A DNA stretch of 40,806 bases from a virus (IMGVR_UViG_3300027265_000006:1-40806); one strand, 5' to 3'; shown: positions 8,266 through 19,072, counted from the stretch's first letter. Numbers and translations are program-made. Notes: generated from the letters alone by a model not told the origin.

Positions 8266-11200
8266 TTATTGTCCTTTTATTGCTAATAGTTGTTCTTGGT
8301 GTTTGGCTTGGAGGGCATCCATGAGACGTGCTTGGATCTCCGGGTTCTCTTTGGTCAGCATCTGGTTGCCGATGTTGTGGTAGAGCAGTCCTGCCTTTCG
8401 GACCATCCCTCGCTTGGTTCTGCTTCCGGAATCATCGGAATCCCCTGTAGGAGCCATCTTGTAGGCAGGGGATTGAAAGAGGTCGGCAAGGTACGTCTGG
8501 AAGTCTTTCCCGCCAATCTTGGCTTCCTTCAAAGACAACTCATGGAGACGGTCTCGTTCCATTCCAGAAAGCGGAGTTGCCGCGAGGTGCTTCTTGGTGC
8601 CGAGGACAGCCTCCTTCGGGATTTCCTTCATCTTTGCTCTGATGTTATAAAGCTCCCGCTTGACCGGATCATGCTCTTCAGTCTGCTTATTGACCTGGAG
8701 ATATCCGCCCCACAAGGCGTCCTTATAATGGATCTTGTCTCCGGTGATGAGGTCTCGTTTTGCCATAACTCCTTCGGATTTAAGCCAGATCCTCTTCTTG
8801 AAGTTGTCTGCGAACTCGTTGATCTGTTTGACCTCATTGTCGAACTCCAAACGGTTGATCTGGTTCATGAAGTTCGGGATGAAGCTGGAGGTAAAGTTGG
8901 TCAGCCACCTTTCAGACTTCTTGGAGTCTCCCTGGCTGTTCAAGATCCCATCCGAGAAATCGACGAGACCCTTCAGGTAGGTCTTGGAGGCAAGGTTGTT
9001 GCTGAAGGCGAGAATCAGACCACCAGCTACTTCTCCCCATTCCTGCTCATCCGAATGCTGGATCAGCTCGGCCATGTCTGCGGTAAGTCCGAAGAACAGT
9101 CCGAACGGATCGAGCCTGGAGAATGAATGCCAAGTGTCACCGATCTTCACCGAGTACGATTGCCGGTCGATCAGGTCATTCATGCCGTTCCGGTAGTCCT
9201 CATGGGCACCGCCCGCGAGTAGTCCCTGGCTGGCCAGGAACCCGGCAGTGGCAAACATCATTGAACCTGTGGCAACCTTGGCCTCCGCAAGCTCCTTACG
9301 CACCCCACCAGCAGCAATGTCCTCCTTCATCATTGAAGACACCCTGTTGATGAACGGAGTGTGGTGTCCTGCATACTTGATGATATTGGTGGGAGTCCTG
9401 ATGAACGGCATGACGAACCGAAGGACAGGCACCTCGTTGACTACTCGCTGCACTGATTTTCCGGCTGTTCCAAGGTCTCGCTGGAAGGTGTTGTACTTCG
9501 CGTACTTCAAGGCTTCCTTGTGGTGGCCAACAGGAGGATTCTCCATGTAGCCTTTGACTAACTCCTTGAGAGCTTCACCTTCCTTCCCGGCTCTGCGTCC
9601 TTCGATTGAAGCGGTCATAGCCAGATGTCCACGGTAGTTCACGGTCTTGAACAGCTCATCGGTAGCCATCAGGACACGCCCAGGTGCACCTATCACGCTC
9701 TTGATGAGCTTAAAGGGCTTACCTAGGAGCGAGTTGTCGATGTTCAAGGACTCACCAATGTTTCCATCAAACTTCCCGAGGTTATCGGTAGGATCGATTG
9801 CGGATGTCTCATGTCTGAGAGCAGTCCACATGGTCCCCACTGGCTTCAATGGGGCGGTCCTTGCCGCTACTGCACCCTGTGTCGCGATCTCGCCTGCGGC
9901 CCTGGCTGAATGTCCGGTGACCCTGATTGCATCCATGAGACCTGTCCACATACCTACGATCTGGTCTTTCAAGACACCTCCGGTAATCTCTCCGCTTCCT
10001 CCAAGGGCATTCTTGGTTGCTGCATACCCTGATTCAGCGATAGAGTTTCCGATGACTGCGGCGTTTGATACTGCGTTGACAATCCAGGTGGTAGGAGAGG
10101 ACAACAGAGAGTTGATCCAATAATACTGGACCGCATCGAGCGACTTGGCCATCCATGACTTCTCAAGGAAATTCGCTTTGGACTTAGAGTCTGCCAGGGT
10201 GAGGAACCGTTTCGCTTTGTCACGAAGGACTTTCTCGCCACCACGACTGTGAGCCATGGTCTCCAAGGTGCCACTATCGAGCATCCCTGGTCCGACATTA
10301 ATCTTCATGGCGTTCAATGATCTGGCTATGGAACTCTGTGCACCACGGACTGTCGCTTGTACTTCAGCCAGCATGATCATGGATCTCTCAAACTTAACCA
10401 AGTCCTCAAGAGTCCCGCCGTTCTGCCCGATGTTCTGAGCTAATTTGGTAGCCTGGGTCATCAGGTCAGCATGAACCATCCTCGCCCCTGTGACATATCC
10501 GGCGAGATCTTCAGTCTTATCATTCAGCTTCCTGAGGTGACCAATGTCGATCCCTGACTCCTTGAAGTAGTTCTTGGCAACATCCCATCCTTCCTTCATC
10601 GGGATGTTATTTCTGGCCAGTGTTGCTTCGACAGTCTGGCCAACTGCGGACATGGCGGCATGGACATCTGCTGCATTCTCGATGTGATCCATGTTGACCA
10701 TTGCCTTCGCAGATCCTTCCCATTTCCCCTCATTCAAGAGGCTGTTCATCATGGTGTTCGCTTCTTCATCCGTTACAGGATGCAGGAGGATCTTCGGTTG
10801 CTCCATCGCTTCGGACAACCTGCGGGAGTTCAAATCTGCAACAGCTTGATCGAGAGGTTTGCCGCTGGCATCCAAGGCACCATCAGGCACTGATCCCTCA
10901 ACCACCTCAGTGTCCACCTTCTTACCGATTGCTCCCTTGATGCCTTTCAATGACTTGAAAAATGCGTCGCCAAGCGCACCTACGAGTACTCCTTCACCTA
11001 CATTCTTGAGTCTGGATTCAATAGCTGAATCGTCCTCATCAGTGGTCAGGTAGGAGATCACAGGAATTTTAAGGTCAGGATCGAGGCTCTGAATGGCATC
11101 TGAGAGTCGCTTCTCAGTCGGATCAAAAGCGAGGTAATCAGCGATCCCGCCTTTCGCCATGTTCGCGATAGTTGTCCCGAACTTTGCTGTGAGGCCTGCT

Positions 11201-11649
11201 GCTTTGACTGCTTTGGTGGCCGGAATCATCCCAATAAGGAACTGGGTAGCACCCTCAACAATCTTCCCTGTGCCGGTTACGGGAGCCTCTGGATGCCACA
11301 TATGCCCCTTGGACAACGGAACATCAGGTGCCATGTTGTGAAGGTCTTCCCAGTACTTCCCGGCGAAGTCCCACACCTCGTCAAGTGCTTCTGCTGTGTT
11401 CTCGATGCCGTGTGTCACGCCGCTTACTGCGGCTCTCGGAATCTCGCTGATATGTTGGCCTGCTGAATACCCTCCGTCAGGGGAGGCTTGAGGCGTCTGC
11501 TGTGGTTGGGCTTGGTTGGGCTGTGTTTCACCGAGGAGACTCAGGTAGTGCTGGTTCTCCTCTTCGAGCTTCTTACGTCTGAGGTTTCGAGCCTCCTCAT
11601 CCTTCTGGTATTGCTCTGAGAAGGACTCTTCCAAATCATTTAAAGGCAT
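8266..11649 (-). CDS. Internal virion (ejection) protein, gp16-like
   Basis: 1127 aa before the tail fibre; PFIRTPTNI and SRLDPF motifs. Confidence 0.8.
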   Translation of the reverse strand: MPLNDLEESFSEQYQKDEEARNLRRKKLEEENQHYLSLLGETQPNQAQPQQTPQASPDGGYSAGQHISEIPRAAVSGVTHGIENTAEALDEVWDFAGKYWEDLHNMAPDVPLSKGHMWHPEAPVTGTGKIVEGATQFLIGMIPATKAVKAAGLTAKFGTTIANMAKGGIADYLAFDPTEKRLSDAIQSLDPDLKIPVISYLTTDEDDSAIESRLKNVGEGVLVGALGDAFFKSLKGIKGAIGKKVDTEVVEGSVPDGALDASGKPLDQAVADLNSRRLSEAMEQPKILLHPVTDEEANTMMNSLLNEGKWEGSAKAMVNMDHIENAADVHAAMSAVGQTVEATLARNNIPMKEGWDVAKNYFKESGIDIGHLRKLNDKTEDLAGYVTGARMVHADLMTQATKLAQNIGQNGGTLEDLVKFERSMIMLAEVQATVRGAQSSIARSLNAMKINVGPGMLDSGTLETMAHSRGGEKVLRDKAKRFLTLADSKSKANFLEKSWMAKSLDAVQYYWINSLLSSPTTWIVNAVSNAAVIGNSIAESGYAATKNALGGSGEITGGVLKDQIVGMWTGLMDAIRVTGHSARAAGEIATQGAVAARTAPLKPVGTMWTALRHETSAIDPTDNLGKFDGNIGESLNIDNSLLGKPFKLIKSVIGAPGRVLMATDELFKTVNYRGHLAMTASIEGRRAGKEGEALKELVKGYMENPPVGHHKEALKYAKYNTFQRDLGTAGKSVQRVVNEVPVLRFVMPFIRTPTNIIKYAGHHTPFINRVSSMMKEDIAAGGVRKELAEAKVATGSMMFATAGFLASQGLLAGGAHEDYRNGMNDLIDRQSYSVKIGDTWHSFSRLDPFGLFFGLTADMAELIQHSDEQEWGEVAGGLILAFSNNLASKTYLKGLVDFSDGILNSQGDSKKSERWLTNFTSSFIPNFMNQINRLEFDNEVKQINEFADNFKKRIWLKSEGVMAKRDLITGDKIHYKDALWGGYLQVNKQTEEHDPVKRELYNIRAKMKEIPKEAVLGTKKHLAATPLSGMERDRLHELSLKEAKIGGKDFQTYLADLFQSPAYKMAPTGDSDDSGSRTKRGMVRKAGLLYHNIGNQMLTKENPEIQARLMDALQAKHQEQLLAIKGQ

Positions 11650-11661
11650 TGTTCTCCTTGG

Positions 11662-13836
11662 TTAAAGTTGTCTCCCTTCCATAGGGTTGAAGTAAGGCTG
11701 ACCTGCGTAACGCTGTCTGACTTCTGCAAGACGCCTCTGTTGTTCCTCTTCAGTCCCATAGATCAGTTCTTTTAAAGTTGATAGCTCGGCCTCCAAGGCT
11801 TCACTGCCATTCCAATTATCGAAACGTGACTTCAGGAAGGTAACGACCGGATGTTCCTCGGCTGGTTGTATTGGCTGTGTGTCTGTAGTGACCTGCGGTG
11901 GACCACCAACTCTCTCCCGCATGTAGTCTGCATACGTCTTCTGAGGAACCTCAGGCGCTTTAGGTTCAACAGGTTTGGACTCCTGTTTCTTCGTAGGCTG
12001 TTCTGCTTTCTTCAAAGCACCTGCTCGATGCTTCAGGTCGGCATTGATAGCCTCAAGAGCGGTGTCGTACTGATCATCACCAAAGTTCGGATTATGCTTC
12101 TTGATTTCGATCATCTTCTGCTCTCGCGTCAGCTTTGGTAACCGCATGATCTCATCAGTCGTCTTGGTCGTAACGAAGTCCTTCACATACGCTTGGGTCT
12201 CCTTGACCAGCTCAGACATCCTGCGAGGATGGGGCATCAGACCATTGTTGACTTTCTTCTCTGCCTGGATGAGAGTGTTGAGTCGATCCGAGGCAACAAG
12301 GACACGCTCGTTGACATAGACATCTCCTGTCATCTCAGCCTGCTCCTTCAAGGCTTTGTCCGCTGCACTGTCCGGATAGAGCTTCTTCATGTCGGTCATC
12401 GCAGTCGCGAATGTCTTATCCTTCACATCCGCAAGTTGTGACTTATGGGACAGGTAGGTCTCGAAGTGCATCTGTCCGGTCTGATAGAGATGATCAAGTT
12501 GCTTATCGTCGAGGATTGCGTCCCATCTGTTCTCGGCAATGGCGAGTCTGTTCTTCCTTATGGCTTCCACATTCTCGAACCCTCGTTCACCTAAGGCCAA
12601 CTCTCGGTAAGCTGTCTCCAAGTGCTTGGTCTTGCTGGTTCCAAGAGTCTTTGCATTTGCCTTCAGGCGATCCATAAATCCACTATCAGGAGTCTTCCCG
12701 GTAGAGAATGCCTCCATGAGTTCGCCCTCAAGTCCCTCGTAGACAGCCTTCTCCTGCTTGGCTATCTCCTGGTCCCTCCTGACCTCAATCTGATGCAGGG
12801 CGGCAACATGTTGACTCTCGAACTCCAGATAGGCATTGGCCACCTTTGGGTTACTGAAGGCAGCAATCCCGTTCTTGTCAGGGACTTTGACCCACCCAAG
12901 GACATCATCAATGGTTGCGTAGTCGGTTGGGTTGTCCTTGACGTGGTTGCCTAAGGCGGATACCGCAGCAGCCGTCACTTCGTCGCGTGTGATTCCGAGG
13001 AGCTTGTTGGCTTCCTGGTACTCATCAATAGTCTTCCTGAAATATGCATCGGCATCCCCGGAGTACTCACTTTTGATGAACTTGTAGTTGTCAACGATCA
13101 TGCTACGGAAGCTGGTGAGGTGGTCCTCCTTGGCTTTCACCTTGAGTCGATCTGTTTGTGCATTGGTGATCTTGTCGAGCATTTGGACACCAATGCTCCC
13201 GAGACCTTTCCGATATGAATCAGGAGTCCCGGCCACAAGGTCGAGATAAGACGCTTTCCCCTTCGCATAGATCTGTTCAGGAGTGAGATCGATATTGGCC
13301 GGATCGTCGTAGACCCTCTGCATGATATCTTCGACATACTTCTTGTCACCGGCACCCTTGGTCGTATAATAGACATCCTCGGCAAGTCCAAGGATCGTCT
13401 CAGGTGCAGCCTGTTTGAGTGCTTCATTGTGGGTGAGACCGCTCTCACGGAGCTTGTCGTACTCAACTGCGGCATCACTTGCCTTACTCTTGGCTGATGC
13501 CTCAACTGCATTCAAAGCTGTCGGCAATGCTGTCCCAAGGAACTGCACGACCGCCTGTGCTCCCTCACCACCACTAACCACCACATTGAAGGGCGTTTGG
13601 ACAGGTGCCCTCATTGGTGTATTATTGGCGGCTGCTATGAGCCCAGGGCGGTTCGGGGGGGCCATAGGTCTCAGCTTCCCTGTGTCGGATGGCTCCTGGA
13701 CCTTGGTGTGTACTTGTTGTTCGAAGGCATCGACAGGTCTTGCCGTAGTCTCAACCTTCGGAGTTGTCCAGCGGAATGAGTCCTGTGCGTTGTACTGCTT
13801 ACGCCTGTTCTCAGTCCGTGTTGTGGGTCTTGGCAT
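11662..13836 (-). CDS. Internal virion protein, gp15-like
   Basis: 724 aa, helical; synteny. Confidence 0.7.
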   Translation of the reverse strand: MPRPTTRTENRRKQYNAQDSFRWTTPKVETTARPVDAFEQQVHTKVQEPSDTGKLRPMAPPNRPGLIAAANNTPMRAPVQTPFNVVVSGGEGAQAVVQFLGTALPTALNAVEASAKSKASDAAVEYDKLRESGLTHNEALKQAAPETILGLAEDVYYTTKGAGDKKYVEDIMQRVYDDPANIDLTPEQIYAKGKASYLDLVAGTPDSYRKGLGSIGVQMLDKITNAQTDRLKVKAKEDHLTSFRSMIVDNYKFIKSEYSGDADAYFRKTIDEYQEANKLLGITRDEVTAAAVSALGNHVKDNPTDYATIDDVLGWVKVPDKNGIAAFSNPKVANAYLEFESQHVAALHQIEVRRDQEIAKQEKAVYEGLEGELMEAFSTGKTPDSGFMDRLKANAKTLGTSKTKHLETAYRELALGERGFENVEAIRKNRLAIAENRWDAILDDKQLDHLYQTGQMHFETYLSHKSQLADVKDKTFATAMTDMKKLYPDSAADKALKEQAEMTGDVYVNERVLVASDRLNTLIQAEKKVNNGLMPHPRRMSELVKETQAYVKDFVTTKTTDEIMRLPKLTREQKMIEIKKHNPNFGDDQYDTALEAINADLKHRAGALKKAEQPTKKQESKPVEPKAPEVPQKTYADYMRERVGGPPQVTTDTQPIQPAEEHPVVTFLKSRFDNWNGSEALEAELSTLKELIYGTEEEQQRRLAEVRQRYAGQPYFNPMEGRQL

Positions 13837-13858
13837 GTATCAAATGCCTCCTTTGATA

Positions 13859-14611
13859 TTAAATAGTTAACCCAGCATAAGCCCCTGACATCTGCCCTTG
13901 GATATGCTTAGGCACACTCGATAAAGCCTTGTTCACCATGGAGACCTCAGTAGCTGCAACCTTCTTGATCTTGGCATCCTGTTGCTTCCCTTTGTTCTTC
14001 AGGTTCCAACCGACGATGCCTGTATCCCAGGACTGCTGCATCACCGAGTTGGCCAATTCCTTCAAGGCTGTATTGCCGAAGATACCGGATTCACCCTGTG
14101 AGACTCGGATCTGTGCCTGTTCCTTCATGCCTTGCCGTTTCCGCTCAAAGGCCTCCGTGGAAGCTTGGCTGGAGATCTCCGTCCATTCCTGATCGAGTAA
14201 CTCCATGTCGATCAATGAGGCATCATGTGCGGCCTTCATGGACTTCCCGGCGTAATCGATGTCTGCGATTTGCTGGAGGTGTTCAAACTGGAGTTGAGCT
14301 TCATGTTGCCCGAGTTCATACTCAAGTTGCTGCTGTTTGAACGCTACGTCTTGATTGAAGGCTTCAGTCTGGTAGGCCAATTGTTGACCCTTGAAGCCCA
14401 TTTCTGCTGTGAACTGCCGATGCTCATTGAGCATGGCCATTGTCTGGAACTGTTGATTGCGATAAGACTGCATCGCATCGAAGTCCATTTTGTACTTAGC
14501 TGCTGATTGCTGCGCTTTCGAGTTTTGGTAACTCGAAACACCGCCATAAGTCGCAGAGGCGGCTGAAATAATCAGACCCGCATAAACAACCCAGAGAGGA
14601 ATATCATACAT
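13859..14611 (-). CDS. Internal virion protein, gp14-like
   Basis: Hydrophobic N-terminus, Gln/Ala-rich helices, GESGIFGNT motif. Confidence 0.75.
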   Translation of the reverse strand: MYDIPLWVVYAGLIISAASATYGGVSSYQNSKAQQSAAKYKMDFDAMQSYRNQQFQTMAMLNEHRQFTAEMGFKGQQLAYQTEAFNQDVAFKQQQLEYELGQHEAQLQFEHLQQIADIDYAGKSMKAAHDASLIDMELLDQEWTEISSQASTEAFERKRQGMKEQAQIRVSQGESGIFGNTALKELANSVMQQSWDTGIVGWNLKNKGKQQDAKIKKVAATEVSMVNKALSSVPKHIQGQMSGAYAGLTI

Positions 14612-14615
14612 CTCT

Positions 14616-15083
14616 TTACCCCCTTATTTCAAAATGATCGAACGCGTATGGTCCGTAATAAACTTCCCTTCCTGTGAAGGTGAACCCAAGTGATTCCACA
14701 TACTTCCTGTGGATGACATTCCGCCTGTCCATGATATTGGATAGTCTGTTGAATCCCTTCATCATGAACGCCACGTGACCCTTAGCCCACCTGATGATGT
14801 CCATGCCTCCCTTGGTGATCAGGTCCGTACCGACTGCCCATATGATCCCTTCTCCAGGAACGAATGTAGGCTCCACTCCGGACACCAGGAAAGGCTCACC
14901 GTCACAGCTACTTATCCATACTTTACCGACACATGCGTCTACACTGGATACCAAGGCCGTTCTGGCCGGAAGGCCAATGACAGTCTCAAGTTCATCACGG
15001 TCTGCCTTGCGGAGATTGAGCGAATACAAGAGGAGATCATCCTCCGCTTTGATGACCTCCCTTGTTTTAAATTCCCTTTTCAA
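14616..15083 (-). CDS. gp13-like internal virion protein A
   Basis: NLRKADRDE, GIIWAVGT, SLGFTF motifs; synteny. Confidence 0.8.
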   Translation of the reverse strand: MKREFKTREVIKAEDDLLLYSLNLRKADRDELETVIGLPARTALVSSVDACVGKVWISSCDGEPFLVSGVEPTFVPGEGIIWAVGTDLITKGGMDIIRWAKGHVAFMMKGFNRLSNIMDRRNVIHRKYVESLGFTFTGREVYYGPYAFDHFEIRG

Positions 15084-15084
15084 A

Positions 15085-17457
15085 TTAAGCCTTTGTTGAT
15101 CTTGTGACGTACATTCCCTCGAATGATGCGGATGTGATCTGACATGGCAGGTACGAGTCTGAAACGATGTCGATTGTGGTGTACTTGGATTTCGCCAGGA
15201 TCAGGAACTTCTCCTCGCCGGTCAACATGGATGCCTTGCCGATCTTGGAGACGCCAACCTTGACCCCGGAGAACCTCTTGACGATAGTCTCACGACCTTC
15301 AGGTGTGATCTCCAGATTGAATGCTCCGGTGTTCTTGTAGGATAAAGTGAGCGTCCTGATCTGGAGCTTGGCGTCGATAATGGACACCTTCTTGGCATCC
15401 TTCACGTACCACTCGGAAAACCTGTAACGCATGCGGAATGGCACCCCTATGGTGTACATGGAGGCTGTCCGGTCGCCTGCTGCTTTGATGGTACTTCCCG
15501 ATACTGCATTGATGTTTACCGGGAATCCTGTAACCGGATTGATTGCAGCGATTTCACCTGCATTTTCAGCGTCATACGGGAGTGTCCATGTGGTCGTAGC
15601 GGTGACTGCATCATAGACGCCCTGTACGCGCACCTGACGGTCCAGGTGAACCCTGTAGTCAAAGTCCTGATTTACCGGGATATTCTCAAGCTGGATTTTC
15701 TCGAAGGCTATCTCGTTTCCACGTTTGATTGTGAAGAGGAGACTTGTGTCGATCAGGCCCACCCCTAGGATGTCACCATCGAACGTCCATTTTGACCATG
15801 CCGACTGTGGTTTCTCATTGCCTATCCAGTAATACTTGTAGACGAATATCGTTCGCTTATCGGCATCCGAGAACGCCAGCAGCATGTCCATAGGGACACA
15901 TGACATCAGCTTAATGGTCCCGTTAGGGATGTAATGCGGACAATGGGCTGTGATGTCCGAGGCGTCCTCAACAAGCGTGTCAGGCTGAATCAAGTACTCC
16001 ATGATCGAGACAAATCCATGCCTTGGGTTCACGAAGTAGACGTTTGCCCCTGCACCAACCGGATCGGAATCAGGGGATGTTGCATACATGGTGGTGCCTG
16101 TGATTGACGCCGTGGTCGGTGTGAGGTTCGTACCAGATGATCCAAAGCTGAACTGGCCCTGCGCTGAGTTAAGCATCAGGTTCTTGTCGAATGGGATTGA
16201 GGAGTAAAGATTGACCACCATGGTGGAACTGGCCAGGGTGTCTATCGGATCGTCGTCCAATAGATCGATTGCGGTTTCCCCAAACAACTCGAAGTATCTC
16301 CCAGCTCGACTGAGGAAGAACGTGTCACTCGCCAGGAAACCCAGTCTGTTCTTAAAGAATGTCAGGTTGGTAATCTTCTTCCCTATGAAGGAAGGGACCG
16401 GACAAGAGTCGTCATCACCAACCACCCGATCTTCCCACAGGCACGGCCCAAAGGTGAACTGATCGACACCAGTACGTACCAGACGGTGAGGGAGAGTCGT
16501 CGGATTAAGTTTGTAAGGTTCACCAGGGCCAAGGCATTCAGCCCAGGCTCCATCAGAGAACTTGACGAAATAGTTGTCGAACTGGTTGCCTTCATCTCCC
16601 GTGACCTCATAGACGTGCCCCTCGACCGCATAGGTTCCTTCCACTTTCCAGTACTGGGTGTCTGTGGGAAGCTTCCCAGTCAGCGGGTAGACTCCGAGGT
16701 CCGTCCAATAGGTCGTATTAGTGGTCGCAATATTCGTCGCGGAATCCCCTGTCCATATGTAGATGTACACGTGGCGGTTGGGTCCAAGGACAACATCGTT
16801 CTTCTTGTAAGCAGCGGTGTTGTTCCAATCAAAGATGATGCTTTCAAATTTGTAGTAATAGACTTTACCATCCGTATACTTCGCCAGGTCGCCTTTCTGA
16901 TATGCCGTGGATGCCGAGTAGTCTGTGGTGGTCTCGTAGGGATCTGGGAGTTCCAAAAAGGACTGCACACGTCCGTCTATGGTGCCTGGAGAAAGCTCTT
17001 CGCCTACTGCGGCTACTTTCTCACGGTTGGCAATCAGCGTGTAGTCGGCAATCGAAATGAGCTTGTACGCCTTCTGAAGCGCCAAGGAGGTGTCCAGGTA
17101 GTCCATAACGGTGACATCCTCAGTGAACACCAGATCCTTGTCGAGGTGGCCATATCTCACCGTGCATTTCGTGCCATCAAGCTTGTAGACCTCAATCGGC
17201 TCTGTTGCGTGGCCGGTAATGAAGACGACATATCTCTCCACCAGATCCCGGTTGATCTCGTGCATGAAGGCGTTCTCGATGTTGCTTGCATTGAAGATGG
17301 CGATGTGTTCGCTGTGCGGTCGCTTATAAAGACCATCCACGATGGTCCCCATTGCGTTCTCCTGGATCTCCCCCTGGCTGTCCAGTCGCATCGTCACTGA
17401 CTGCTGGGAGATCCCATTGAATAAACCGGCGATGGTACTTGATACCAGTTGACCCAT
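15085..17457 (-). CDS. Tail tubular protein B (nozzle, gp12-like) with CBM-like insertion
   Basis: GISQQ, GLYKRP, ADYTLIANR, LPHRLVR, FFKNRLGFL, QSAWSKW motifs. Confidence 0.95.
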   Translation of the reverse strand: MGQLVSSTIAGLFNGISQQSVTMRLDSQGEIQENAMGTIVDGLYKRPHSEHIAIFNASNIENAFMHEINRDLVERYVVFITGHATEPIEVYKLDGTKCTVRYGHLDKDLVFTEDVTVMDYLDTSLALQKAYKLISIADYTLIANREKVAAVGEELSPGTIDGRVQSFLELPDPYETTTDYSASTAYQKGDLAKYTDGKVYYYKFESIIFDWNNTAAYKKNDVVLGPNRHVYIYIWTGDSATNIATTNTTYWTDLGVYPLTGKLPTDTQYWKVEGTYAVEGHVYEVTGDEGNQFDNYFVKFSDGAWAECLGPGEPYKLNPTTLPHRLVRTGVDQFTFGPCLWEDRVVGDDDSCPVPSFIGKKITNLTFFKNRLGFLASDTFFLSRAGRYFELFGETAIDLLDDDPIDTLASSTMVVNLYSSIPFDKNLMLNSAQGQFSFGSSGTNLTPTTASITGTTMYATSPDSDPVGAGANVYFVNPRHGFVSIMEYLIQPDTLVEDASDITAHCPHYIPNGTIKLMSCVPMDMLLAFSDADKRTIFVYKYYWIGNEKPQSAWSKWTFDGDILGVGLIDTSLLFTIKRGNEIAFEKIQLENIPVNQDFDYRVHLDRQVRVQGVYDAVTATTTWTLPYDAENAGEIAAINPVTGFPVNINAVSGSTIKAAGDRTASMYTIGVPFRMRYRFSEWYVKDAKKVSIIDAKLQIRTLTLSYKNTGAFNLEITPEGRETIVKRFSGVKVGVSKIGKASMLTGEEKFLILAKSKYTTIDIVSDSYLPCQITSASFEGMYVTRSTKA

Positions 17458-18035
17458 CAGAACCTCCTCTGGAGAACAGCGGAAGGCGTGGATGTCTGAA
17501 GGAAGGTCCGGTCGTCGGTGAGTCCTTCGTCACGCTCAAAGTTGATCAGTGCCTTCTGTTCGTCCTCTCCGGACATCCCGTTGATCAGGTCCGATCCAAG
17601 GTAGTTCCTTTGGAATACCCTGGCCGCTCTTACCGCGATGTAATGGCGGACATGCTCCGGAAGCTCCTCGAACGGGAGGAAGAAGACGATCTCAACCAAC
17701 ATGGTCTTCTGGTTGAATGTGAAGGTGTGGTTCTTCTTGTCGTACAATCGGTTCCCACGTTGAACTACGTCAAGATATTGGTCCATCGCATCCACTCGCA
17801 GGACGTTCTTAGGCAACACAAAGTAGCCTTCGGTGTTCGCGTTGAGCGGATAATTCTCTTCTGTGTTGCAGTGAAGTTCCTTCTTCTGGATCTCCCTGCT
17901 TATCCTTGTCAGGACATTGTAGGCCACAGTTGCCTCGGTCACCCCTGAAGTCGGGATGATGTTCACCGGCTGTTCACCGATGATCTCCAAGCAAGTATTG
18001 ACTGCATCAAGCTCGGTTGTTGGAGTAAGATTCAT
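17457..18035 (-). CDS. Tail tubular protein A (gp11-like)
   Basis: TELDAVN...IGEQPV, RGNRLYD, PFEELPE motifs. Confidence 0.95.
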   Translation of the reverse strand: MNLTPTTELDAVNTCLEIIGEQPVNIIPTSGVTEATVAYNVLTRISREIQKKELHCNTEENYPLNANTEGYFVLPKNVLRVDAMDQYLDVVQRGNRLYDKKNHTFTFNQKTMLVEIVFFLPFEELPEHVRHYIAVRAARVFQRNYLGSDLINGMSGEDEQKALINFERDEGLTDDRTFLQTSTPSAVLQRRF

Positions 18036-18049
18036 AGTCCTCCAGGCGT

Positions 18050-18088
18050 AAAAAAAGGGAGACCTTGAATTGAATCAAAGTCTCCCTT
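18050..18088 (-). terminator. Intrinsic terminator after the capsid gene (Tphi equivalent)
   Basis: AAGGGAGACTTTGA-TTCAAT-TCAAGGTCTCCC followed by a T run. Confidence 0.9.
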
Positions 18089-18106
18089 AGGGTTACTGGT
18101 TAACGA

Positions 18107-19072
18107 TTAAACCGGGTCAGCAGTCATACCAACTACTGCACACTCAGGCTGAAGAACACCGTGACCCATGGCGTAGCTGGCTACCATGAGCGTACCTTGC
18201 CGACGAATATCCCACTCAGACTGAAGCGAGATGTCCATGAGCTTAATGGTGCCTACAGCATCCTCGGTGAAGCAGATCGCCTTGACGTTACGACAGTCGA
18301 TCTTGTGGTAAGTGTCCGAGGTGTAGTCCACAGTCGGCAGCATCGGGGAAGGCACAAGCTCGATCCCAGCGATCTGGATGATCTTGCCTTCAGCCCACGA
18401 ACCGTTGGAGTTGGAGTAGTCCTTGTGAACACCGGAGAAGCCGTTGGTGGACACATACTTCGCAAGGAAGAAGTAGTCGGCAGGCTTCAGGATACAGTAG
18501 GCCTTTCCATCGACGTTCTTGTTGACGAAGTTCTCAGCACACTGGTACAGGAAGGACTCCCAGGCGGTGAACTTGTCGGCAGCAGTAGCCGAAGCGAGGT
18601 TGGCATCGAGTACCTTCAGACCACCATTGGTGCCGGTAACCGTGGCCGCAGACTTAGCCGCAAGCACGAAGTTACGCATTACATGGTTGTCAAAGGTCTT
18701 CGCCAGTTTGGACCCCATGAGCTTGGAGTATTTCGACCGAGTCTCGAAGTGCTTCATCTTCTCATCCAGGTTGTCGATAAAGACGTGCGAGATGAGCAGA
18801 GAGTCGAGGGTCAGGATCTTCTCAGCCTGGGGAACCACCTGGCCCAGGATTTCAGTGCCGGGAGTGTGGTACTCGGCATCCGGCATGTTACCCATCACCG
18901 GGAAAGACGAGGATTTGCCTTCGGTAATGGTGTGAATGGTGTGCTTATCGAGGACGACAGTCTTCTCTTCGAACTGCGAGATGACCTCCCCCGAGAAAAG
19001 CTTGAGGTAAAGTTCCCGTTTGTCGGAACCGCCGTTGATTGCACCACCATAGTTTACAGTTGCATTAGCCAC
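18107..19072 (-). CDS. Major capsid protein (gp10-like)
   Basis: LYLKLFSGEV, GKSSSFP, YAMGHGVLQPECA; GTG start after AAGGAG. Confidence 0.97.
   Translation of the reverse strand: MANATVNYGGAINGGSDKRELYLKLFSGEVISQFEEKTVVLDKHTIHTITEGKSSSFPVMGNMPDAEYHTPGTEILGQVVPQAEKILTLDSLLISHVFIDNLDEKMKHFETRSKYSKLMGSKLAKTFDNHVMRNFVLAAKSAATVTGTNGGLKVLDANLASATAADKFTAWESFLYQCAENFVNKNVDGKAYCILKPADYFFLAKYVSTNGFSGVHKDYSNSNGSWAEGKIIQIAGIELVPSPMLPTVDYTSDTYHKIDCRNVKAICFTEDAVGTIKLMDISLQSEWDIRRQGTLMVASYAMGHGVLQPECAVVGMTADPV

Noticed and set aside
18089-18120. T7 10B-type capsid frameshift extension
   Set aside because: The terminator begins about 20 nt after the stop, leaving no room for an extension domain
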